Positions 8,469-19,391 of a DNA stretch of 28,061 nt are shown here, one piece after another. Made by a program: the position numbers and the translations under genes. The stretch lies in NCBI GenBank assembly GCA_043825735.1, contig JBDRRP010000086.1, positions 137,046-165,106 on the forward strand, read 5' to 3'. Position 1 is the stretch's first letter. Every line of letters starts with the position of its first letter. The notes under the pieces are model-generated. The model was not told the origin of the DNA. It was given only the letters and a program-made list of their open reading frames with translations, and did not search any database. This DNA comes from Pseudomonadota bacterium (lineage in GTDB: Bacteria > Desulfobacterota > Desulfobacteria > Desulfobacterales > JBDRRP01).

Positions 8469-9304
8469 GGCCGTTGATTCCCGTTTGAGTGCGCGCAACC
8501 GTTTGCAGGCAGGCGCAAGATAAAGCGGGTTCCTTTTCCCGGCGTGGTGTCGACCGTGATGGCCCCCCCATGTGCGAGCATGTAATTTTGGGCGATGAAC
8601 AGCCCGAAACCGGTACATGGGGTGACGGCACTGGCGTGCTTTGAGGTGAAAAACGGCGCGAAAATACGGTTGAGGTCGTTTTCGGAAATGCCAGGACCCG
8701 TATCTGAGATGACGATGCGGATGACGGCATCCGCGCCTTCATCGCGGATCATTGCCGCCTCGATCCGGATTCGGCCGCCGGGGGGTGTCACTTCAGCGGC
8801 GTTGGCAAGCAGGTGAGACACGACCGTGCCGATCTTGTCTCCGTCGACACGGGCCGTCAGGGGGAATGCCGGCAGCACCATCTCGATATCCAGTGATTGT
8901 TGCCCACGCTGTGTGCTGATCTGTCGAATTTTGTCTTCGATAAGATCGCTGAGGTTGAGCCACTTGCAGTCAAGTGCCCTTTCATCGACCACATCGAGCA
9001 GCGTGTCGATGAGCACGTTGATCCGGTAGTGCTCTTCCAGTGCGATGTCCAGATACTCTTTCCGGAATGCCGCATCGTCAAATTTATCGGGAAGCATTTG
9101 AAGGAATGTTCCGATGGCGGTCATCGGGTTTTTAATGTGGTGGGCCAGTCGCTCCACGAGGTGCTTCAACATCGTACCGGTTTCCAGGTGACACTGGCGC
9201 TGACGGGTTGCTTTAAGCGCTGAAAGTTGTGCCTGGAGATGGTTGACCTGCTGCGTCAGTGCGGCGTTCTCTCTGGCCAATGAAGTGTTATGCTCTTGAA
9301 ACAC
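8459..9304 (-). CDS. Cytoplasmic HisKA/HATPase_c histidine kinase-like protein without a sensor domain
   Basis: H-box LAHHIKNPMT, N-box HLLANA, G1 ISDTGPGI, F-box IFAPFFTSK and G2 TGFGL. GTG start at 9304 has AAGGAGG 6 nt upstream. Confidence 0.88.
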   Translation of the reverse strand: MFQEHNTSLARENAALTQQVNHLQAQLSALKATRQRQCHLETGTMLKHLVERLAHHIKNPMTAIGTFLQMLPDKFDDAAFRKEYLDIALEEHYRINVLIDTLLDVVDERALDCKWLNLSDLIEDKIRQISTQRGQQSLDIEMVLPAFPLTARVDGDKIGTVVSHLLANAAEVTPPGGRIRIEAAMIRDEGADAVIRIVISDTGPGISENDLNRIFAPFFTSKHASAVTPCTGFGLFIAQNYMLAHGGAITVDTTPGKGTRFILRLPANGCAHSNGNQRPCT

Positions 9305-9367
9305 TGAAAGCCTCCTTGCCGGTTCGCTCACTCTTTTGAACCACCATTTCGAAATGATCTCATACAG

Positions 9368-9384
9368 ATCAAAATATGTGCCAA
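9368..9384 (-). promoter_or_regulatory. Sigma-54 (-24/-12) promoter of the kinase/enolase-like operon
   Basis: Minus strand TTGGCAC-ATATT-TTGAT versus consensus TGGCAC-N5-TTGCW; one mismatch, at -12. Confidence 0.7.
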
Positions 9385-9453
9385 GTCTGCGCTCAGGATG
9401 GACAAGCGCGGCGCACGACCTGAAAAAATCCTGATCCTTGGCAATAATTGGCT

Positions 9454-9466
9454 TAACTATCTGAAA
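9454..9466 (-). promoter_or_regulatory. Putative IHF site
   Basis: Minus strand TTTCAG-ATAG-TTA resembles WATCAR-N4-TTR and lies between the enhancer and the sigma-54 promoter. Confidence 0.45.
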
Positions 9467-9545
9467 TCAGGCTACTAAGCATTCAGCGTCGGAAAACATT
9501 TCCGATAATGAATGAATCTGCCGACCGTCGTTGACATTATCGTGA

Positions 9546-9584
9546 TGCACAGAAACCTGTGCATCGTGCACTGATTTCTGTGCA
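9546..9584. promoter_or_regulatory. Tandem upstream activator sites (NtrC-family enhancer)
   Basis: TGCACAGAAACCTGTGCA (9546-9563) and TGCACTGATTTCTGTGCA (9567-9584), centres 21 bp apart. Confidence 0.7.
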
Positions 9585-10027
9585 ACCGTGAGGGGGGTTA
9601 TCGATGACACAAGCCGGGATCTTACCCGCTTCGCCGGATTTTGGAAAATATATTGCATTTTATTTTGGCTTGATGAATGTTATGGGTCGTTTGTTCCCTG
9701 GCGCAGGGACCGGAAGACCCCCCGGGCGTGCCACGGAGCAGTGACATCATCGCGCGGCATCAGCCAAACGGGCAGGCGGTGCATTCAAGCGCGAGTTGAC
9801 GGTGTCGATCGCGACCCCCCTGTGTTTCCACCAGTTTGTCACGATAGAAAATCTACGCTTCGCGGTAGATCGCGGCGTAAACGGTTCTTGTTGGCGCACT
9901 TTTTTGCCGCAGCCGGCCCTTGCCAGCCTGCACCGCAACTGGCCATTTGCAGGCCGGTGCCCCTAAATTCTTTTTTCGCTGCATGGGATCGCGGTTCCTT
10001 GCGATTGCCCAGGCACACCCGTGAGCC

Positions 10028-11368
10028 ATGAAAGATGATCTGACCATTCTTGTTGTGGATGACGAGCCGGGCGTTCGCCAGTCTTTTGCAATGATGTTGA
10101 AAGACAGCATGCATCTGCTGCTCGCCGAAAACGGCCTGGAGGCCAGGGCCGCCTTTCAGAAACACCAGGTTGATCTCATTCTCCTGGATATTCTACTCCC
10201 GGATGGGGATGGCCTGGACCTGCTCAATGAGTTCAAATCCGCCGATCCGGAGGTGGACGTGGTGATGGTCACTGGGGTAAAGGATATCCGCACCGCTGTG
10301 GGGGCCATGAAGCGCGGCGCCAATGACTATGTCATCAAGCCCTTCGATGTCGAACAGATCATGGCGGTCATCGAGCGCTCCCTGGAGAAACGGCGCCTGC
10401 GGCGGGAGGTGGCGTATCTTCGCGATGCACTCAAGCGCGTTCAGCCCTTTGAGGAGATGGTGGGCCGCAGCAAGCGGATGGAGGAACTTTTCAACCTTAT
10501 TGAGACGGTTTCCAGCGGCACGGGTGCCGTGTTGATTCAGGGGGAAAGCGGCACGGGAAAGGAACTAGTGGCCAGGGCGATCCATAAGCGAAGCCCCCGC
10601 AGTGCCATGCCGTTTGTGGTGGTCAACTGTGCGGCCATCCCGGATCCGCTCGTGGAAAGCGAGTTGTTCGGCCACACGAAGGGCGCCTTTACCGGGGCGA
10701 CTCAGGCACGGACAGGCAAGCTGGAGATCGCCGACGGAGGCTCCGTATTTTTAGACGATATCGATTCGCTCAATGTCAGCACCCAGGCCAAGCTGCTTCG
10801 GGTGATCCAGGAAAAGGAATTCAGCCGGGTGGGGAGCAATCGGATTCTCCACGTGGATGTGCGGTTTATCGCCGCCTCCAACAAGGATCTTCAAGGGCTC
10901 ATCGCAGACAACCGTTTTCGGGAAGATCTTTACTACCGGCTAAACGTCTATCCGATCGCGATCCCGCCGCTCAGAGACCGCAGGGATGATATCCCTCTGC
11001 TGCTCGATCACTTCATGAAGATGAACGCCAGAAAGACCGGCGCGGCCGAGAAACCGTTTTCCCCCGGTGCATGCCGGCGCCTTGCGGCATACGCCTGGCC
11101 CGGCAACGTGCGCGAGCTTCAAAACCTCGTCGAGCGTCTGTTTACCATCACTGCCGGAGAAACCATCCACAGCCACAATATTCCCTTCGGCGACACCGGA
11201 GCGGACAATCCGCCCGAAATGGATTTGAAAACCGCCATGAGTCATTACGAAAAGCAGTTCATCCAGGATGTGCTGGACAGCGTCGACGGCAATCGCCAGG
11301 AAGCCGCCCGCATCCTGGGCATTCACCGCAACACCTTGGCTGCGAAACTGAACAGTACGGAGGAGTGA
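10028..11368 (+). CDS. Sigma-54-dependent response regulator (REC-AAA+-Fis HTH, NtrC/AtoC family)
   Basis: VVDDE, phospho-Asp in LLDILLP, GESGTGKE, GAFTGA, FREDLYYRL, WPGNVREL and the HTH AARILGIHRNTL. Confidence 0.95.
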   Translation: MKDDLTILVVDDEPGVRQSFAMMLKDSMHLLLAENGLEARAAFQKHQVDLILLDILLPDGDGLDLLNEFKSADPEVDVVMVTGVKDIRTAVGAMKRGANDYVIKPFDVEQIMAVIERSLEKRRLRREVAYLRDALKRVQPFEEMVGRSKRMEELFNLIETVSSGTGAVLIQGESGTGKELVARAIHKRSPRSAMPFVVVNCAAIPDPLVESELFGHTKGAFTGATQARTGKLEIADGGSVFLDDIDSLNVSTQAKLLRVIQEKEFSRVGSNRILHVDVRFIAASNKDLQGLIADNRFREDLYYRLNVYPIAIPPLRDRRDDIPLLLDHFMKMNARKTGAAEKPFSPGACRRLAAYAWPGNVRELQNLVERLFTITAGETIHSHNIPFGDTGADNPPEMDLKTAMSHYEKQFIQDVLDSVDGNRQEAARILGIHRNTLAAKLNSTEE

Positions 11369-11462
11369 GTACGGCAGGAAAGAAAGACGCGCGCCTTTTA
11401 AGACCAGGAATGCTCAAGTGCGGTGCCGCTTCGCTCCGGTATATAAAAGCCCCCGTGCCTTC

Positions 11463-11509
11463 TTGAACATTGAGCGTTGAGTATCGAGCATTGAATAATG
11501 CCGTAGGCT
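11463..11509. repeat. Heptamer tandem array plus mini-hairpin
   Basis: ttgaaca ttgagcg ttgagta tcgagca ttgaata, followed by gccgtaggc. Confidence 0.65.
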
Positions 11510-11547
11510 GTTGAACTGAAAGCTTTTTGATGGAGGTTGACCTCCTC

Positions 11548-11640
11548 GGGATTCGAAATCGCTATCGGGATCGGAATCGATTTGTGTCCCAGTTGCCGCG
11601 TTGTTTCGATACCGATAGCGATCCCGATTTCGATTCGGAT
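11548..11640. repeat. ATCG-NN hexamer hairpin (family D, full copy)
   Basis: tcgaaatcgctatcgggatcggaatcga ... tcgataccgatagcgatcccgatttcga, between convergent genes. Confidence 0.8.
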
Positions 11641-11652
11641 GGCCGGCCTGTT

Positions 11653-14406
<2,754 letters not shown>

Positions 14407-14424
14407 GGTGTCCCCCTATATCGT

Positions 14425-14640
14425 AAGTTTGACAAACACGTAAAAAAGCAATTTTCTCGCATCAGTCTTCGCTCTGCGAGCTACGCCGGACAAGAAGACG
14501 CCAAGTGCGCCAAGAAAAAATTTTTTTAATATCAATTCTTTAGCTTTGCGATCGCTGCCCTTCGACTTCGCTCAGGGCCGTGAGCCTGTCGAACGGCGGC
14601 TTTGCGAGAGATTCGGACTTTTTACAGGGTTATCAAGTTT
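14425..14640. mobile_element. MITE-like element family B, copy 2, with two nested mini-insertions
   Basis: Ends gacaaacacgtaaaaaag / actttttacagggttatc, with aagttt at both flanks. Colinear with 27730-27862 apart from inserts at about 14462-14494 and 14558-14596. Confidence 0.8.
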
Positions 14641-14720
14641 TATGGTTGTTGGCCGAAAAACCGGGCCTCTGGATGCATATTGAGTAAAGTGCGGCATATC
14701 TTGCTTTTTTTCAATAGGTG

Positions 14721-14749
14721 TTGACAGTTATTGGCAATTTGATTATAGG
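14721..14749 (+). promoter_or_regulatory. Sigma-70-type promoter of the rsbRD-N/dsrMKJOP operon
   Basis: TTGACA-17 nt-TATAGG. Confidence 0.6.
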
Positions 14750-14856
14750 CTTTTCCTTGATTCAGGGGCGCGGCCGGGGCTGGAAATGTAGTAAAGCCGA
14801 AGAGTTAGACCGACGCTGCCCAGGGGCGCAGTCAATCTGGAGGTTAGGGGACCTCA

Positions 14857-15378
14857 GTGGGGAAAAGTCTGTTTACTTTACTGGCTGACAACAAGCCGGC
14901 CATTTTTCGCAAATGGTTCGACCTTGTCGCCAACACCTATCCGCCGGACACCGCGGCACTGCTCAAGAATAAAAAAGATGCTTTCGCCAATCCGGTCGGT
15001 CAGGCGACTCGCACCGGACTCGACGGCCTGCTTGAGGCAGTGCTGGGTGAGGTGGACCCGGATGTGGTCACAAAGCACCTGGATCCCATTTTGAGGATCC
15101 GGGCCGTTCAGGATTTTTCTCCGTCCCGTGCCATTGCGTTTGTTCTCGATCTTAAAAACATCGTTAAAAACCATTTCACCGCCCAGCTCGCGGATCCGGA
15201 ACTTTTGGTGGAGTACATTGACTTCGCCACCCGGGTGGACCGATTGGCGCTCATTGGTTTTGACATTTACGTGGCCTGCCGGGAACAAATCTATATGCTC
15301 AAGGTGACCACGGAAAAAGATAAAATTTACAAGGCGTTTCACCGTGCAGGGTTGATCGTGGATGATCCGGACAGTTGA
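14857..15378 (+). CDS. RsbRD N-terminal domain protein
   Basis: WFDLVANTYP, FANPVG, IRAVQDFSPSRAIAF and FDIYVACREQIY; position directly upstream of dsrM. Confidence 0.85.
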   Translation: MGKSLFTLLADNKPAIFRKWFDLVANTYPPDTAALLKNKKDAFANPVGQATRTGLDGLLEAVLGEVDPDVVTKHLDPILRIRAVQDFSPSRAIAFVLDLKNIVKNHFTAQLADPELLVEYIDFATRVDRLALIGFDIYVACREQIYMLKVTTEKDKIYKAFHRAGLIVDDPDS

Positions 15379-15485
15379 CCGGGTCCGAATGTCATATAAC
15401 CCCAATTCATTTAAGGTGCTTTGATCATTAGGTGCCCGCTGTCCAGCACCGAAGCGATCAGGGCCATGGAGTGAGGTATCGGTAA

Positions 15486-16547
15486 ATGAATTCCAAGTAC
15501 ATGTTCTCCTTCATAGCCGTTTTCGTACTCTTCCTGGTGGCCTACCTGGGAGTCGAAGCTGCTGGCCTGAGCGTGCTGTTCGGGGTGGTGCTGCCGTATG
15601 TGGCCGTGCTGGTGTTCATCGCGGGCTTTGTCTCCCGCGTCATGAGCTGGGCACGATCGACGGTACCGTTTCGCATCACATCGACCTGCGGGCAGCAGAC
15701 ATCCATGCCCTGGATCAAGCAGGCCAAGATCGACAACCCGTCAACCACCTGGGGCGTTGTGGTCCGGATGTTTTTCGAGATCGTGACATTTCGCTCACTG
15801 TTTCGGAACACCCGCATGACCGTCAAATCCGACGGCCGCATCACCTACAACCTGGAGATCTTTCTCTGGGTGGCGGCACTGGCGTTTCATTACGCCTTTT
15901 TGACCGTGCTGGTCCGGCACATGCGGTTTTTCCTGGAACCAGTGCCGCTCTGCCTGCAGTGGCTCGAAAATCTGGACGCCTTTTTCCAGTTCGGCCTGCC
16001 GGTAGTCTACCTATCGGGGCTCGTGCTGCTGGGAGCGGTGATCTACCTCTTTGCGCGGCGGCTCTATCTTGCCAATGTGCGCTATATCAGCCAGGCGGCC
16101 GACTTTTTTCCGCTGTTTCTCATCGGCGGCATCGCCCTGACCGGCATCATGATGCGCTATTTCACCAAGGTGGACATCGTTGGCGTCAAAACCCTTACCA
16201 TGGGGCTGGCGACGTTCCATCCGACGGTGCCCGAGGGGATCGGCGGCATTTTTTATGTCCACCTGTTCTTCGTCAGCATCCTGCTGGCGTACTTTCCTTT
16301 CAGCAAGCTGATGCACCTGGGCGGCGTTTTCCTGAGCCCCACGCGAAATATGCCCGGCGACACCCGGGCCCGGCGCCACGTGAATCCGTGGAACTATCCG
16401 GTGAAGGTGCATTCCTACGAACACTACGAGGATGATTTCAGGGAGAAGATGGTCGAGGCCGGACTGCCTGTCGTCAAAATGCCCGAGCCCGAAGCCCCTG
16501 CTGACGCGGAAGCCGATCCGGCACCGGAGGGAGAGGAGAAGGAGTAA
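15486..16547 (+). CDS. dsrM: DsrM, membrane cytochrome b (NarI-like)
   Basis: PFRITSTCGQQ, FRSLFRN, FHYAF..RH and YFPFSKLMHLGG..SPTRN. Confidence 0.95.
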   Translation: MNSKYMFSFIAVFVLFLVAYLGVEAAGLSVLFGVVLPYVAVLVFIAGFVSRVMSWARSTVPFRITSTCGQQTSMPWIKQAKIDNPSTTWGVVVRMFFEIVTFRSLFRNTRMTVKSDGRITYNLEIFLWVAALAFHYAFLTVLVRHMRFFLEPVPLCLQWLENLDAFFQFGLPVVYLSGLVLLGAVIYLFARRLYLANVRYISQAADFFPLFLIGGIALTGIMMRYFTKVDIVGVKTLTMGLATFHPTVPEGIGGIFYVHLFFVSILLAYFPFSKLMHLGGVFLSPTRNMPGDTRARRHVNPWNYPVKVHSYEHYEDDFREKMVEAGLPVVKMPEPEAPADAEADPAPEGEEKE

Positions 16548-16550
16548 GCG

Positions 16551-18185
16551 ATGAGCGATCTACCCAAATCTGATGAATATTATTCCAACATCGACAACCG
16601 GCCGCCCAAGGGTGTGGACTGGATGGACACGCCGCTGGAGATCCGCAAGGGAATCTACTGCTATGCGGCCAACCCCAAGAGCGTTGAAGCCCTGGGGCTT
16701 CCCAATGCCCGGCCCTGGAATCCGCTCGAAGACGACTGGCAGTTGCCCGAGAACTGGCAGCAGATCGTCCACGAGGCGTTCAAGGAGCGGCTCGAGAAAT
16801 TTCGCTCCTTCAAGGTGTTCATGGACATCTGTGTGCGTTGCGGCGCCTGCGCCGACAAGTGCCACTATTATATCGGCACCGGCGATCCAAAGAACATGCC
16901 GGTGCTTCGGGCCGAGCTGCTGAGAAGCGTCTACCGCAATGATTTCACAAAGCTTGGCAAGATCATGGGTCGCCTCAACGGTGCGCGCCCCATGACCATC
17001 GATGTCCTCAAGGAGTGGTGGTACTACCTTTACCAGTGCTCCGAATGCCGGCGGTGCTCGGTATTTTGCCCCTACGGCATCGACACGGCGGAAATCACCA
17101 TCATGGGCCGGGAGATCATGAACCTTCTGGGCCTGAACATCGACTGGATCGCCACGCCGGTGGCCAACTGCAACCGCACCGGCAACCATCTGGGCATTCA
17201 GCCGCACGCCTTCAAGGACATGCTCGACTTCTTCGTGGACGACCTGGAGGAGGTCACCGGGATCCGGGTGAAGCCGCGCTACATGGACAAAGAGGCCGAC
17301 ATCCTCTTTATCACCCCCTCCGGCGACGTCTTTGCCGATCCGGGCACCTACACCTGCATGGGATACCTCCTGCTGTTCCACTATCTGGAGGAAAAATACG
17401 GGTTGAAAGTCACCTGGTCCACCTATGCTTCAGAAGGTGGCAACTTCGGCTTTTTCACCTCTCACGAGGTCATGAAGCGGCTCAACGCCAAGATGTACCG
17501 CGAGGCCAAGCGCCTGGGGGTCAAGTGGATCCTGGGTGGGGAGTGCGGTCACATGTGGCGGGTCATCAGCCAATACATGGACACCATGAACGGGCCTGCA
17601 GATTTCCTCGAAGAACCGGTGAACCCGATTACCGGGACCAAGTTCGAAAATGCCCGGTCCACCAAGATGGTTCACATCGCCGAGTTTACCGCGGACCTGA
17701 TCAAGCACGGCAAGCTGGATCTAACGCCCAGCCGCAATGATCATCTCAAGGTGACTTTCCACGATTCGTGCAACCCGGCTCGGGGTATGGGAATGTTCGA
17801 CGAGCCCCGCTACGTCATCAAGAACGTCTGCAACAACTTCTACGAGATGCCGGCCAACACGATCCGCGAGCAGACCTTCTGCTGCGGCAGCGGTTCGGGC
17901 CTCAACGCCGGTGAGGACATGGAGCTTCGGATGGCGGGCGGCCTGCCCCGGGCCAACGCCGTCAAGTTCGTCCACGAGCAGCACGGGGTCAACACGCTGG
18001 CCACCATCTGCGCCATCGACCGGGCGGCGCTGCCGGATCTGATGAAGTACTGGGTGCCGGGGGTCACGGTCTACGGGCTCCACGAAATGGTGGCCAATGC
18101 CTTGAACCTGCCGGGGCAGAACGAGCGGGCAACCGACCTGCGCGGGGAAGACCTGCCTGAAATGGAGGACGCATCCGATGAATGA
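16551..18185 (+). CDS. dsrK: DsrK, HdrD-like Fe-S protein
   Basis: CVRCGACADKC, CSECRRCSVFCP, GECGH, HDSCN and CCG domain. Confidence 0.96.
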   Translation: MSDLPKSDEYYSNIDNRPPKGVDWMDTPLEIRKGIYCYAANPKSVEALGLPNARPWNPLEDDWQLPENWQQIVHEAFKERLEKFRSFKVFMDICVRCGACADKCHYYIGTGDPKNMPVLRAELLRSVYRNDFTKLGKIMGRLNGARPMTIDVLKEWWYYLYQCSECRRCSVFCPYGIDTAEITIMGREIMNLLGLNIDWIATPVANCNRTGNHLGIQPHAFKDMLDFFVDDLEEVTGIRVKPRYMDKEADILFITPSGDVFADPGTYTCMGYLLLFHYLEEKYGLKVTWSTYASEGGNFGFFTSHEVMKRLNAKMYREAKRLGVKWILGGECGHMWRVISQYMDTMNGPADFLEEPVNPITGTKFENARSTKMVHIAEFTADLIKHGKLDLTPSRNDHLKVTFHDSCNPARGMGMFDEPRYVIKNVCNNFYEMPANTIREQTFCCGSGSGLNAGEDMELRMAGGLPRANAVKFVHEQHGVNTLATICAIDRAALPDLMKYWVPGVTVYGLHEMVANALNLPGQNERATDLRGEDLPEMEDASDE

Positions 18186-18567
18186 TAAGGGAAAAATCGC
18201 AGCGGGACTCATCATCTTCTTAGTGATGTTCACCTTCCCGTTCTGGTACAACATGGGGAAGGCCGCCCCGGTGCCCCAGCCGGAAATTTCCGCCACCGCC
18301 AAAAAAGCCGGCGAGTGCGTCCGGGCCAAGGACTATATCAAGGCCGAGCATATGCAGCTGTTGGACGTATGGCGCGACACGGTGGTCCGCACCGGCGAGC
18401 GGATATACACCAACCAAAAAGGGCAGTCCTTTAACATGAGCCTCTCAAATACCTGTCTGGAGTGCCATGACAACAAGGCTGAATTCTGTGACCGTTGCCA
18501 CAATTACGCTTCGGCCAGGCCCTACTGCTATGATTGCCATATCGCTAATCCGAAGGAGAAGGAATGA
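18178..18567 (+). CDS. dsrJ: DsrJ, triheme cytochrome c
   Basis: Three CxxCH motifs (CLECH, CDRCH, CYDCH), an N-terminal anchor and EHMQLL..WRD. Confidence 0.95.
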   Translation: MNDKGKIAAGLIIFLVMFTFPFWYNMGKAAPVPQPEISATAKKAGECVRAKDYIKAEHMQLLDVWRDTVVRTGERIYTNQKGQSFNMSLSNTCLECHDNKAEFCDRCHNYASARPYCYDCHIANPKEKE

Positions 18568-19361
18568 TGGAAAGCAAGAGACGAGATTTTCTCAAGATCG
18601 CCGGACTCTCTGCTCTGGGCCTGACCACCACACCGGTTCTCGACGCGCTGGGGGCGGGCGGTGGCGCTGCGCCGGAATACACCGTCGGCAAGGGGCCGGA
18701 CGCGCTGATTGGGAAACACTGGGGCATGGTCATCGATCTGACCAAGCTGGAGAACGTGGAGGCCATCACCGAGGCCTGCCACAAGGTTCACAACGTCCCC
18801 CATTTTGAGGAAAAACGCCACGAGATCAAGTGGATCTGGGAGACGGAATACAATCACGCATTTTCCGGCCAGGAAAACCCCTATCTGGCTGACGCCCTTG
18901 AACACGCGCCGGTGCTGGTGCTGTGCAACCACTGCGAGAATCCATCCTGTGTGCGGGCCTGCCCCACCCAGGCCACTTTCAAGCGGGAATCCGACGGCAT
19001 CGTACTGATGGATTTCCACCGCTGCATCGGTTGCCGGTTCTGCATGGCGGCGTGCCCCTTCGGCGCCCGGAGCTTCAACTTCCGAGACCCGCGGCCGTTC
19101 ATCGCCGAAACCAACAAGAAGTTTCCCACCCGCATGAAAGGGGTGGTGGAAAAATGCAATTTCTGTGCGGAGCGTCTGGCCGAAGGGCTCATGCCGGCCT
19201 GTGTGGAAGCTTCCGAGGGGGCCATCGCCTTCGGGGACCTGAGTGACCCGGACTCCGAGATCCGTGAACTGCTCAGGACGAACTACACCATCCGCAGGAA
19301 GCCGGAGCTGGGCACCAGCCCGTCTGTCTATTACATCGTGGGCACCCCCGAACACGGTTAA
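18564..19361 (+). CDS. dsrO: DsrO, periplasmic ferredoxin-type subunit
   Basis: Tat motif KRRDFLK; CNHCENPSCVRACP, CIGCRFCMAACP and KCNFC. Confidence 0.95.
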   Translation: MMESKRRDFLKIAGLSALGLTTTPVLDALGAGGGAAPEYTVGKGPDALIGKHWGMVIDLTKLENVEAITEACHKVHNVPHFEEKRHEIKWIWETEYNHAFSGQENPYLADALEHAPVLVLCNHCENPSCVRACPTQATFKRESDGIVLMDFHRCIGCRFCMAACPFGARSFNFRDPRPFIAETNKKFPTRMKGVVEKCNFCAERLAEGLMPACVEASEGAIAFGDLSDPDSEIRELLRTNYTIRRKPELGTSPSVYYIVGTPEHG

Positions 19362-19391
19362 ACAACGGAAGAAGAACAAGGCGAGGTACCT

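Noticed and set aside
8469..8618. N-terminal 50-aa extension of the enolase-like ORF
   Set aside because: It lies inside the kinase gene; the ATG at 8468 gives a normal coupled start.
14691..14705. Sigma-54 promoter-like CGGCATATCTTGC upstream of the dsr operon
   Set aside because: GG-to-GC spacing is 8 nt rather than the required 10; a sigma-70 promoter fits better.
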